NCBI GenBank assembly: GCA_963727445.1
Contig: CAVSGI010000009.1
Coordinates: 352,001 to 416,000 of the forward strand
Length of the DNA: 64,000 nt
DNA from: an uncultured delta proteobacterium
GTDB taxonomy: Bacteria > Myxococcota_A > Polyangia > Polyangiales > B10-G4
Reading direction: 5' to 3'
Shown: positions 31,109-40,271 of the stretch, piece after piece
How the letters are laid out: every line of letters starts with the position of its first letter
Position numbering within the stretch: the first letter of the stretch is position 1
Translations under genes and position numbers: made by a program
The notes under the pieces: model-generated
What the model saw: the letters and a program-made list of their open reading frames with translations, nothing else
Told to the model about the DNA's origin: nothing
The model's database searches: none

Positions 31109-32833
31109 TCAGCTCAGCGGCCTCACCACGCTCTTGTCGAGGCTCGTGCGCAGGGCGTCGGCGAGGACGCCGCGCTTGAGCTTCATCGAGGCCGTGCGGG
31201 GGAACTCGTCCTCCCAGCGAACCAGACCCGCCACGCGCTTGAAGTCGGGGAGACGGTGATTGCGGGCGCTGAGCTCCTGGCGGAGCGCGTCCTCGTCCTC
31301 GTCCTCGCCGCGGTAGACCGCGACCAGCACCTCTTCTTCGAGCTTGCCGCCGGGCCAGATGTAGTTGGTGGCGAAGACGGCGAGCTCATCGCAGGGCAGG
31401 CCTTCGAGCTTCTGCTCGATGTCCTCGGGGTAGATGTTCTTGCCGCCGGCGGTGACGATCATGTTCTTCGATCGCCCGACGAGGTGCAGATGACCACTGG
31501 CGTCGAGCCAGCCGAGGTCACCGGTGTGGAGCCAGCCGTCGCGGATGGTCTCCGCGGTCTGCTCGTCGTCGTCGAGGTAGCCCTTCATGATGGTGCGCCC
31601 GCGGATGAGCACCTGCCCGACGCCCTCGTCGTTCTCGCCCTCGATGCGTATCTCGACGCCGTCCACCGCGCGGCCGACGGAGTCGCCCCGGAAGGGCATC
31701 AGATCGTTGACGGTGGCGACGGTGCAGGCTTCGGTGAGGCCGTAACCGATCACCACCGGGATGCCGAGGCGATAGAAGAATTCCGCCCGCGCCTTGTCGG
31801 TGAAGGCGCCGCCGCAGAAGAGCATCTTCAGCGAGCCGCCGAAGGCCTCGTGCACCGGCTTCAGCAGCCGGCTCGAGAGTGCGTGGTTGGGGGCGCGGTC
31901 GGTGAGGATCTGGTTGAAGGAGGACAGGACCTCGAAGAGACCGCGCTTGGTGGGCGTCGCTTCGTCGAGCTTGTCCTGGATGCGCCGCTCGAAGGCTTCG
32001 AGGATCAGCGGGACCACCGCCATGTGGGTGATCTCGTACTCCTTCATCGTCCAGTTGATGAACTCGGGGCGGAGCGAGCGCTGATGAATGATCGCCGCGC
32101 CGCCGCAGAGCGGACCGACGAAGCCCACCATGAAGTCGATGGCGTGATTCGTCGGCAGGATCGAGAAGTAGCGATCGCCGATGCCCATCGGGAAGAGCGA
32201 TCCGAGCGAGCGGTACTGCTCCAGGTAGTTGTCGTGGGTGAGCATGCACCCCTTCGGCCGCCCGCCGGTCCCCGAGGAGTAGACGATGGTCGCGACGTCG
32301 TCGCGGGTCCGCGGCACGAAGCCCGGGCTGTGCCCGTTCTCCGCCGCCGGCAGCTCTTCGTAGCGAACCGCGCCTTCTGGCAGCGTCTCCTTCTCCGGAG
32401 CCTCGCTCACGACGACCAGGGGGACGGACGCCACGTCGTCCCCGAAGCGCCGCCATAGGGGGTACTCGACGAAGAGGGCCTTGGGCTTGGCGTGGGCGAG
32501 GAGGGCGGCCTGGTCGTCGGTCTCGAGCTTGTAGTCGAGAGGGACGAGGATCGCGCCTCGGTACATGGCGGCGTAGGCGCTGATGAGCCAGCGGGGCTGG
32601 TTGCTCATCAGGATGGCGACGCGGTCGCCGGCGCCGATGCCCGCATCCTCGAGGAGGCGCGCGACCTTCATCGCTTCGCGCCGGAAGTCGTTGTACGTGT
32701 ACGCCGACTTCTCCTTCTTGCGGCTCGCCTCGACGAGCGCGATCTCGCTCTTGTAGGTGAGGAGCGCGTCGGTGAGGAGCTCGCCCAGCGAGTCGTAGCG
32801 CTCGGGCGCGATCATCGTGTGCGTCTCGCTCAC
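31109..32833 (-). CDS. Long-chain fatty acyl-CoA/ACP ligase (AMP-binding)
   Basis: YSSGTGGRPKG, GYGLTE, WLHTGDLG, GRSKNMIV, GKNIYPEDIE, TASMKLKR. Confidence 0.93.
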   Translation of the reverse strand: MSETHTMIAPERYDSLGELLTDALLTYKSEIALVEASRKKEKSAYTYNDFRREAMKVARLLEDAGIGAGDRVAILMSNQPRWLISAYAAMYRGAILVPLDYKLETDDQAALLAHAKPKALFVEYPLWRRFGDDVASVPLVVVSEAPEKETLPEGAVRYEELPAAENGHSPGFVPRTRDDVATIVYSSGTGGRPKGCMLTHDNYLEQYRSLGSLFPMGIGDRYFSILPTNHAIDFMVGFVGPLCGGAAIIHQRSLRPEFINWTMKEYEITHMAVVPLILEAFERRIQDKLDEATPTKRGLFEVLSSFNQILTDRAPNHALSSRLLKPVHEAFGGSLKMLFCGGAFTDKARAEFFYRLGIPVVIGYGLTEACTVATVNDLMPFRGDSVGRAVDGVEIRIEGENDEGVGQVLIRGRTIMKGYLDDDEQTAETIRDGWLHTGDLGWLDASGHLHLVGRSKNMIVTAGGKNIYPEDIEQKLEGLPCDELAVFATNYIWPGGKLEEEVLVAVYRGEDEDEDALRQELSARNHRLPDFKRVAGLVRWEDEFPRTASMKLKRGVLADALRTSLDKSVVRPLS

Positions 32834-33063
32834 AGCCGCCTCCCGATGATCTCGGCCAGGCCGCCGAAGGTGTTGACGCCCTGGACCTCGTAATCCGGAA
32901 TCTCGACGTCGAACTCCTCTTCGAGCTCGGTGAGCATGTCCATCGCCTGGTAGCTGTCGATCCCCAGCTTCTCGAAGAAGTCGTCCCCGGCAACCAGGGT
33001 CGACGCGTCCTTGTCGAAGCGCTTGGCTGCGAGCGCGATGAGCTTTTTCTCGATGTCGGTCAT
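32830..33063 (-). CDS. Acyl carrier protein
   Basis: 77 aa acidic protein; LGIDSY phosphopantetheine Ser; LEEEFDVEIPD. Confidence 0.92.
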   Translation of the reverse strand: MTDIEKKLIALAAKRFDKDASTLVAGDDFFEKLGIDSYQAMDMLTELEEEFDVEIPDYEVQGVNTFGGLAEIIGRRL

Positions 33064-34028
33064 GGCAGGTACGGCCTCACGTCGTCGGACTCGACGAACT
33101 TCTTCAGCGCCGCCTCGACCACCGGCGAGGCGAAGAGATGAGTGAAGAGGCGCTTCTCGCGGTCCAGGTCGCGGCGCGGCAGCGGCTTGATGAAGGGCTT
33201 GGCGAGGGCGCTGGTGTCGCGGTCGAAGCGCGCCGCCTGCTTGGCGACCTCGATGGCGACGTTCAACGCTTCGCCCCGCGCCACCACCTGAGAGACGAGG
33301 CCCACCTCGTGGGCCCGCGTCGCGCGCAGGCTCCGCCCGGTCAGCAGGAGGTCGCGCACCACGGCGTTGCCGAGATCGCGATTGAGGCGCGGCACTCCGC
33401 CGAAGCCGGGCACCAGACCCAGGCGCAGCTCCGGGAAGCAGAAGCGCGCGCTCTTGTCGGCGATGATCACGTCAGAGGTCAGCGCCAGCTCGAAGCCGCC
33501 GCCGAAGACGAAGCCGTGCACGGCGGCGATGGTGGTGATGGGCACCGTGTCGAAGACGTCGAAGACGCGGTGGATGCGATCGATGAAGCTCCGGAGCTCG
33601 TGCGCCTGGGCGAGGAGCGGCACGCCCGAGGCTTTGCGCTCCTGTATGCCTTCGTAGAGCTCGCGCAGGTCGGCCCCGGCGCTGAAGCCCTTCTCGCGCG
33701 CGCTGTAGAAGACGAGCGCCCGCGCGCCACCGGCCCCGCGCTCGAGGTAGCCGGCGAGCTTCTCGAGCTCGCCCAGCATGACGGTTCCGATCTCGTTGAT
33801 CGGCGCCCGGTCGAGGGTGACCTGGAGCGCTTCGCCGTCGTGCTCCCACCGGATCGCCTCGCCCGCGAAGGCCTCGGGCCGCGCGTTCTTCGCCATCTTG
33901 GAGAACGCCGCCGGGTCCGAGAAGGGCCGCTCCTCACCGCTCAGCACGCGCCCGACCACCGACCGCACGTGCTCCCCGTCGAGCACCGCGCGCGCGATCC
34001 GCGTCTTGAGCTGGTCCTTCTTGCTCAC
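33060..34028 (-). CDS. Enoyl-CoA hydratase/isomerase (crotonase) family protein
   Basis: FSAGADL, GGGFELAL, FPELRLGLVPGFGG; both catalytic Glu present. Confidence 0.92.
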   Translation of the reverse strand: MSKKDQLKTRIARAVLDGEHVRSVVGRVLSGEERPFSDPAAFSKMAKNARPEAFAGEAIRWEHDGEALQVTLDRAPINEIGTVMLGELEKLAGYLERGAGGARALVFYSAREKGFSAGADLRELYEGIQERKASGVPLLAQAHELRSFIDRIHRVFDVFDTVPITTIAAVHGFVFGGGFELALTSDVIIADKSARFCFPELRLGLVPGFGGVPRLNRDLGNAVVRDLLLTGRSLRATRAHEVGLVSQVVARGEALNVAIEVAKQAARFDRDTSALAKPFIKPLPRRDLDREKRLFTHLFASPVVEAALKKFVESDDVRPYLP

Positions 34029-35551
34029 GCGTAGAGCTCCTTCAGCTTCGCCACGTTCGGCGGAAGCGCCGGGAGGTGATCCCACGGGTCGCCCCCCGCG
34101 CCGATCCCCTCGCGGAACGGGAACTCTGGATGGTGCGTCTTGACGTGCTCGGCCAGGTCGATGCCCATCTGGCCCATGCGCTCGAGGTTCTTCACCACGC
34201 AGCGCCCGATGCCCTCGCGCATCGTCTCGCCGTCGCGGATCAGCTCGACCAGGACGTCGTAGGTCTTGTCGGCGAGATTCGGGTCGTCCACCTCGAGGGC
34301 GAGGTGCGGTGTCCCGCGGTCCACCATCAGATTGCGGATCCGCTCGTCCATGGTGATCCCCGCCGACGGAACGAGGCCGGGCATCGATGTCACGATGGCG
34401 TGATAGCGGCTCGAGACCATCGCGCTCGCCTGGCGGATCACGCTGACCATCTCGTACATCTCGTGCTCGTCCGAGACGAAGACCGGCATCCCGCCGAAGA
34501 TGTCAGCGAGCATCTCGCAGGCGCCCCGGTCGAGCTGCTCCATGCCCACCGCGATCGGGAAGCACTCGTGCTCGTCGGCGAAGCGGCGCGCCGCCTCGGC
34601 CATCGCCCGTACGTACGTCTTCTGCTTGTCGCGGATCTCGTCGCTCGACGCGTGGAAGTAGACCGACTTGTAGTGGCTCGGGTCGTCCGCTCCGGCGGCG
34701 ACCAGCGCCGCCTTCAACACGTCCGGCTTCACCGGCCACCAGAAGGCGTTGATCGGGCAGAGCGCGATGACCGGCTTCTCCCCGTCCCATCCCGCGTCGC
34801 GGAGGAGCTTCTGCCCCACGGCGTCGGGCGCAGGCGCGAAGGTCCATGCGGTATCGGTCCCGGCCCGCGACGCGACGCCGAGCCGCGACAGCACCTCGCG
34901 GCTCTCGGCGTTGCGCGCGATGATCAGCGCGTCCTGGCAGTACTTGCGGACCAGCTCCTCGAGGGACTCGTCCATCTTGCCCGCCTCGCCGCCGTACCCG
35001 ACGGCGATCTTGCCCTCGGCCGACGCCAGGCCCAGCGAACCCACCATCATCGTCGACAGTGCGTTGGCGAACTTGCTCTTGAACATCGAGCCTTCGCACG
35101 CGATCACGCCGTGCTGCTTGTGCACGGTGTCGAAGAGGAACTTCGGATAGAGCTGGGGAAGCGTCAGCTGCTTCACCGTGCGGAAGTAGCCGCGGCTCAG
35201 CTCGGGATCGATGGTCAGGATCGACAGCTCGACGTGGTCGTCGCCGAAGACGTGTCGGAACTGCCGGATCATCTCCTCCACGCGCACGTCGGCCCCGGTG
35301 TTGCGCGTCCCGGTGTAGCCAGCGAGCAGGAGCCGGAGCGGCCGCCCGGGCGTCCACACCGCGCCCGCATCGAGCGCGTAGCGACTCTTGGCGAGCTCGA
35401 TGAAGCCAGCCATCGTGCCCATCAGCACCTTGTCGGAGTCGACGCCGTCCTTGGTGGACTCGGCGACCTTCTTCACGAAGCGCCGGGCGCTGGCGAAGAG
35501 CCCGTCACCACCCCGCTTCGCGAGCAGCGCGCTGGTCGTCGGGGCGCTCAC
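34025..35551 (-). CDS. Polysaccharide pyruvyltransferase-family protein
   Basis: GYTGTRNTGAD, ARNAESRE, DTAW, VSSRYHA. Confidence 0.8.
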   Translation of the reverse strand: MSAPTTSALLAKRGGDGLFASARRFVKKVAESTKDGVDSDKVLMGTMAGFIELAKSRYALDAGAVWTPGRPLRLLLAGYTGTRNTGADVRVEEMIRQFRHVFGDDHVELSILTIDPELSRGYFRTVKQLTLPQLYPKFLFDTVHKQHGVIACEGSMFKSKFANALSTMMVGSLGLASAEGKIAVGYGGEAGKMDESLEELVRKYCQDALIIARNAESREVLSRLGVASRAGTDTAWTFAPAPDAVGQKLLRDAGWDGEKPVIALCPINAFWWPVKPDVLKAALVAAGADDPSHYKSVYFHASSDEIRDKQKTYVRAMAEAARRFADEHECFPIAVGMEQLDRGACEMLADIFGGMPVFVSDEHEMYEMVSVIRQASAMVSSRYHAIVTSMPGLVPSAGITMDERIRNLMVDRGTPHLALEVDDPNLADKTYDVLVELIRDGETMREGIGRCVVKNLERMGQMGIDLAEHVKTHHPEFPFREGIGAGGDPWDHLPALPPNVAKLKELYA

Positions 35552-36708
35552 GCCTGGATCTCCGTCGGGACGTGAACCCGGACCGGTCGGTCGGGGAAGG
35601 GCTTGTAGGGGTACTGGTAGTCGTGATCGCGCACCCAGTGGTAGAGCGGCACGCAGTAGTCGACGAAGGGCACCGGCGCCTCCCCGCGCAGCGCCTCGAC
35701 CGCGCGGCTGTTGTCGAAGACCGTGTCGTAGGTCATGTATGGCCAGAACACCTTGAGCACCGCCGCCAGGCCGGTGACCGCGTTGCGGGCCGGGAACTGG
35801 TCGACGAGGCCGACGAGCGTCGAAAAGCCCTGGTCGAGCGCTGGCACGAAGCGCGCGGGCCGCTGCCCGATCGCTCGCGCCACCACCTGCGTGATCTCGC
35901 GCGCGGTGTTCGACGCCTCGCCCGCGGAGAGGCTGTAGGCGTCGTACTTCGGCTCCGGCGTGAGGAACACCTTGGTGATCACCCGGGACACCCAGTCCAC
36001 GTTCGCGATGTCGATGCGCACGTTGCCGTCCATCGGAAGGATCGGCAGGCCGGCGAGGATGCCCAGCATCTTCGCCATGTCGAAGGCCGTGGTCCGGGGG
36101 TGCCGCGCGTCACCGAAGACGCTCACCGGCCGGTAGACGACCCGCGTCACGTCGGGCAGGAGCTCGTCCACCATGTGCTCGGCGAACTTCTTGGTGCGCG
36201 CGTAGGGGTCGTAGTCCGAACGATCCCACTCGACGGTCTCGTCCTCGGTCAGCACTTCGCCGTGGCGCTTACCCGCCACCGCGGCGGTCGAGATGTGATC
36301 GAAGCGACGAAGGCCGTGATGGTCGCGCGCGTCGCGCGCCATCTCGATGACGGCGAGGGTGCCACGGAGGTTGTGGTTGAAGCAGGCCTTGGCCGACTTG
36401 CGGTTGAGCGACGCCGCGATGTGCAGGAACGACGAAGACCCGCGGACCACGCGATCGTAGGTCTCGTCGTCGAAGCCGAGCCGCGGCTCGGTGAGGTCGC
36501 CGAGGGCGATGTCGATCCGATCGAGCGCGTCGAAGAACTCGGGGCCGTCCATGTGATTCTGGAAGGCGCGCCAGATCTTCTCTTCGGCGGCCTTTCGGCT
36601 GCCGCCGCGGACCAGGAGCGTCAAGCGTTCGTCACTTCGCCGCAGCAGGCGCGCCGCGACGTAGCTGCCGATGAATCCGGTACCACCGGTGACAAAGATG
36701 CTCATCAC
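35548..36708 (-). CDS. Extended SDR / thioester-reductase-like NAD(P)-dependent oxidoreductase
   Basis: TGGTGFIG, GDLTEPRLG, HISTA, YARTK. Confidence 0.88.
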   Translation of the reverse strand: MMSIFVTGGTGFIGSYVAARLLRRSDERLTLLVRGGSRKAAEEKIWRAFQNHMDGPEFFDALDRIDIALGDLTEPRLGFDDETYDRVVRGSSSFLHIAASLNRKSAKACFNHNLRGTLAVIEMARDARDHHGLRRFDHISTAAVAGKRHGEVLTEDETVEWDRSDYDPYARTKKFAEHMVDELLPDVTRVVYRPVSVFGDARHPRTTAFDMAKMLGILAGLPILPMDGNVRIDIANVDWVSRVITKVFLTPEPKYDAYSLSAGEASNTAREITQVVARAIGQRPARFVPALDQGFSTLVGLVDQFPARNAVTGLAAVLKVFWPYMTYDTVFDNSRAVEALRGEAPVPFVDYCVPLYHWVRDHDYQYPYKPFPDRPVRVHVPTEIQA

Positions 36709-38420
36709 GGTTCCTCTCGAAGAAGGGTCGGCTCGGCCGAGGTCGCGCCGGCACTCTGCTGGCGGCGAGCGGAGGCGCTCGAGCCCTTCACCCGCGCCTC
36801 GGGGGCGCCGGCCTCAGCCTGGGAGCGCGCTCTTTCAGGGCGCGGGAAGGGGGGATCCTCGTCGATGCGTTCGTTGCGGAGCAACGGCAGGCACCAGAGC
36901 TCGAGGCCGGGCACGTGGATCTCCATCCAGTAGCGCCGCCAGTCGATCTCTTCGGTGTCGTAGCCGAAGAGCGCGCCCTCTTCCTTCGAGAGCTTCGACG
37001 AGAGCGCTCGAACGTTCTTCGTCATGTAGACGTAGTCGTTGTCGTGGATGAAGGGCTTGTAGAGGCGGAGCATGTCCTCGATCAGCCCGATCTGCCGGTC
37101 GGCGTTCCGGAACTCCATCGACCAGCGCTTCATCTTCGAGTCGATGTCGTCGCCCAGGCGTTCGTGGAGCACGCGGGGCAGGGACTCCGTCGGGCGGAAG
37201 TCCTTGAGCCATTTCCGCCCCTTCTGAGCCGTCCGGCGGAGGAACGGCAGCGAGGGGAAGGGGTCTTCCTGTCCATCGCGCGGGACCGCGTCGAGGAAGC
37301 GGATGAGGAGCTTGTCCAGCGCCGCGGCGCCTTCCTTCTTGTGGATGCGCCGCGCAGCGAGCGCCGTCAGGTCGATCGCGCGATCGAAGAAGAGCGGATT
37401 CGTGTCGGAGGTGCCGAGGTGGTAGACGCGCTCGGCTTCGCCTCGGAGCTGCGCCGCGAGGATCAACATCACCGAGCGCGCGACGGTGTCTACGGGGATC
37501 ACGTCGAAGTGATTGTCGGGATTGCTCGGGAAGCTGCGGAACCAGCTCGAGAGGAGCCACACCAACGGCCCGCTGGTGTTGATGCCCTCGTTCCAGCCCG
37601 CGAAGGGATAGTTGCGGGCCGACTCCACCACCGACGGTCGCACCAGGGTGAGATCGATGTCGTCGCGCAGGGCGTGCAGGTGCTCCGACAGACCCTTGGT
37701 GAAGGTGTAGATGTTCGGCCACCCGAGGGACCAGGCCTTCTCGTTGGTGATGGAGACGCGCTCGCGGCGCGTCTCGACGTGGTCGAGCTTCTCGAAGAGC
37801 TCGCGCACCACCTCCGAGGGGTCGAAACGCGTGCCGTTCGGTGAGACGCCGGCCTCGATCTCCTCCGGGATCTCCCCGGAGACGTTGCCCGCGACGAAGG
37901 CGGTCGAGATGTGGAGGAAACGCGGCACGCGCAGGCGCGCCGCCACGTCGGCGGCGTTTTCACCGCCGAGGGTGTTGGTCTTCAGGCCCAGGATCGGATC
38001 GGGCTCGAAGTCGGTGAGCCCCGCGAAGTGGACGACGGCGTCCAGCGTCTCGGCGAGGCGCGAGACCGTGGCCTCGCCGAGGCCGCAGAGCGGCTTGCCC
38101 ACGTCCCCGTCGAGGACCTCCACCCGCTCTTCGACGAAGGCGTGAAAGCGCTCGCGGCCGAGCTTTTCGCGCAGCGGCCGGAGGGCCGGGCTCCGCTCGG
38201 CGAAACGCCAGAAGCGCTCCTCTGCGCTGCCCTTGCGGTTGCCACGCACGACGACGCTGACCCGCCGGATCTCCGGCACGTGGTCGAGGAGCATCGTCAG
38301 CCAGATCTTGCCGAGGAAGCCGGTGACGCCGGTGACCAGGACGTGCTTGCCGGCCAGGGTCTCGCGCACGCGAAGCTCTGCGCCGCGCCCGTTGCCGTTC
38401 TTCTTGCCGTTCGACGCCAC
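36705..38420 (-). CDS. Fatty acyl-CoA/ACP reductase (FAR, male-sterility domain type)
   Basis: TGVTGFLGK, HISTAFV, WPNIYTFTK, VRPSVVES, PFAGWNEG, DVIPVD; C-terminal IDWRRY. Confidence 0.9.
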   Translation of the reverse strand: MASNGKKNGNGRGAELRVRETLAGKHVLVTGVTGFLGKIWLTMLLDHVPEIRRVSVVVRGNRKGSAEERFWRFAERSPALRPLREKLGRERFHAFVEERVEVLDGDVGKPLCGLGEATVSRLAETLDAVVHFAGLTDFEPDPILGLKTNTLGGENAADVAARLRVPRFLHISTAFVAGNVSGEIPEEIEAGVSPNGTRFDPSEVVRELFEKLDHVETRRERVSITNEKAWSLGWPNIYTFTKGLSEHLHALRDDIDLTLVRPSVVESARNYPFAGWNEGINTSGPLVWLLSSWFRSFPSNPDNHFDVIPVDTVARSVMLILAAQLRGEAERVYHLGTSDTNPLFFDRAIDLTALAARRIHKKEGAAALDKLLIRFLDAVPRDGQEDPFPSLPFLRRTAQKGRKWLKDFRPTESLPRVLHERLGDDIDSKMKRWSMEFRNADRQIGLIEDMLRLYKPFIHDNDYVYMTKNVRALSSKLSKEEGALFGYDTEEIDWRRYWMEIHVPGLELWCLPLLRNERIDEDPPFPRPERARSQAEAGAPEARVKGSSASARRQQSAGATSAEPTLLREEP

Positions 38421-39083
38421 TCAGCCCTCCAGCACCGGCCAGTCGAGGTCACGCGCCATGGCGCGGAGCTGACGGTCGGGATGAATCGCGCAAGGCTTTC
38501 CGATGGACTCGAGGAGCAGCCCGTCGTCCGCGTCGGAGCCGTAAGCACAGGAGCGCGCGAGATCGATGTCGTGCTCGGCGGCGAAGCTCTTCGCCCAACG
38601 GCTCGCCAGGTTACCGTTGATGACGGGGTCGAGCAGGCGGCCGGTGCACTTCCCGTTCTGGATCTCCATTCGATTGCACACGTAGTCGGCCACCCCGAGA
38701 TGCTGCGCCAGTGGGCGGATCACCACCTCGAGGTTGTCGCTGATCAACACGACCTTCTCCCCGCGCTCACGCGCCTCGTCGAGGAGCTTCACGCCCACGG
38801 TGCGGAGCTTCGGCGCGATGTAGTCGTCGAAATACTCCTCGCCGAGAATGATCAGCCGGTCTTCGCTCATGCCGCAGAGGCCCATCCACGCCATGCGGCT
38901 GCCGACGGTCGCGTCGCGCAGTGGACTGCCGAAGAGGAAAGGGGCTGCGAGTGCCACGCTGGACAAGCGCGCGAAGCGCTCGCCCACGTGTTGCGCGTTG
39001 CCAGCGAACCACGCTGCCGCCGTCAGGGTCGGGCGTACGGAGAGACTTCCCTCCACCCGAAAAAACGCCGCTGTTCGACTCAC
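38421..39083 (-). CDS. HAD-IB-family hydrolase-like protein with degenerate motif I
   Basis: AAFFRVEGSL in place of DxDGTL; VLIS, IDLARSCAYG, LLESIGKP...PD. Confidence 0.8.
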   Translation of the reverse strand: MSRTAAFFRVEGSLSVRPTLTAAAWFAGNAQHVGERFARLSSVALAAPFLFGSPLRDATVGSRMAWMGLCGMSEDRLIILGEEYFDDYIAPKLRTVGVKLLDEARERGEKVVLISDNLEVVIRPLAQHLGVADYVCNRMEIQNGKCTGRLLDPVINGNLASRWAKSFAAEHDIDLARSCAYGSDADDGLLLESIGKPCAIHPDRQLRAMARDLDWPVLEG

Positions 39084-39165
39084 CTGGATCTCCCCGTGCG
39101 AGGGCGCCGCGGGTCCCGGAGCAAGGACCTGTCGGCGCGAGAGGGGGGTGGTGTAGCTCAGCTAG

Positions 39166-39179
39166 ACTGACGTGTCAGT
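39166..39179. promoter_or_regulatory. Palindromic operator candidate for the lipid operon
   Basis: ACTGAC-GT-GTCAGT about 80 bp upstream of the first gene; operon encodes a TetR. Confidence 0.55.
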
Positions 39180-39270
39180 GCTTCTTTGCCACTATTGTCG
39201 GAGCTGGCTCTGGTCGTGGCGTCGCCGGCGGCTCATCCCCTCGAAAGCACGGCACTAATCCCAGATGGCC

Positions 39271-39504
39271 CTGACGGAATTAAGTCCACCGGCATCCCGC
39301 TCTCGCGAAATGCCGGTGGTGACGCGTGAATCCACGAAGACCTCCCCCGAAGCCCGAGGAAAACGCGTCATGGTTGGCTCGTGTTTCAGGTCAGGTTGGC
39401 TCGTGTCTCTCCTTCGGTTGAAACCGTCGTGTTGGGAGTGAGCGGTTCCTTCGCAAGGCGCGTGCCTCCTTGTCGCCTCTGAGAATTGCTCGAATAACCG
39501 TCAG
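39271..39504. other. Structured non-coding element (candidate ncRNA/leader)
   Basis: Terminal IR CTGACGG/CCGTCAG; internal stems CCACCGGCAT/ATGCCGGTGG and TGACGCGT/ACGCGTCA; 13-bp direct repeat GGTTGGCTCGTGT x2. Confidence 0.4.
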
Positions 39505-39595
39505 CGCGAGCCCGTGATGGCGTCTTCAGTTGGCCACTCGGAGCGTTCCGCGTTCCACCAGCTGTTGCCACCGGTCCGCGGCGCGCTCCAAGCTC

Positions 39596-40222
39596 TCAGG
39601 TCGCGTGCCTTCGAGGGGCCAACAGACCGGTGCTGACGCCAACGACGGCGCCCATCAGGCCACCGGTGATGAGGAGCACACCCAGCGCACCGGGACCATA
39701 AGCCCCGGCAGGCATGGCGTTCGTTCCGAAGTAGGAGACCAACATCGCCAGCGCCCAGCCGATGACGTTGGCGGTGATCCACCGCCGCGCGACCTCGCTG
39801 TGACGGCGGAGCAGCAGCGCTTGGGCAGTTCCGAGGATCGCGCCGAGCCCGACCCCCGAGGCCAGGGCGTAGACGATCATGGTGCCGCTGTTCGGGCTGC
39901 TGAAGTCCTCGCTCCCGCCGGCGACCACCGAGCCCACCGCCCAGCCGGCCGCCATGCCGAGCCCAGTGACGGCGGTGAAGCCCCAGGCCGAGAGCTCGGG
40001 AAAGCGGCGCCGTAAGAGCGCGACCTGTGCACCGCCGACGCACGCACCCTCCACGAAGCCGGCGAAGACCATCAGTCCGCGGATCATCCAGGGCGAGGGC
40101 TCGCCCGCCGCCGGCGCGAAGATCGCGCCCACCAGGCCGGCGACCACCCCGCTGAAGGCGAGGCCCATCGCTTCGCCGACGGCGCAGGCGCCGATCCAGG
40201 AGATGAAGATGCGCGGGGGCAC
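39596..40222 (-). CDS. Gly-rich multi-pass membrane protein
   Basis: About six hydrophobic helices with repeated GxAQ...LRR motif; fused to the kinase N-terminus in the ORF track only because of a frameshift. Confidence 0.75.
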   Translation of the reverse strand: MPPRIFISWIGACAVGEAMGLAFSGVVAGLVGAIFAPAAGEPSPWMIRGLMVFAGFVEGACVGGAQVALLRRRFPELSAWGFTAVTGLGMAAGWAVGSVVAGGSEDFSSPNSGTMIVYALASGVGLGAILGTAQALLLRRHSEVARRWITANVIGWALAMLVSYFGTNAMPAGAYGPGALGVLLITGGLMGAVVGVSTGLLAPRRHAT

Positions 40223-40271
40223 GAGGGCGTGGGTATACCTGCATGCCCCCGCATGACAATGGGCGAGGGAC

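Noticed and set aside
27756..39083. Lipid operon as a PKS/NRPS or sphingolipid cluster
   Set aside because: No ketosynthase, condensation domain or serine palmitoyltransferase/AOS-family gene is present
39146..39165. GGTGGTGTAGCTCAGCTAG resembles a tRNA 5' end
   Set aside because: No anticodon arm, no TTCGA T-loop at the right distance and no matching acceptor stem
39271..39504. Retron msr-msd, glycine riboswitch, tmRNA or RNase P identity for the structured region
   Set aside because: No reverse transcriptase nearby; riboswitch-like words are in the wrong order; tmRNA and RNase P signature sequences are absent
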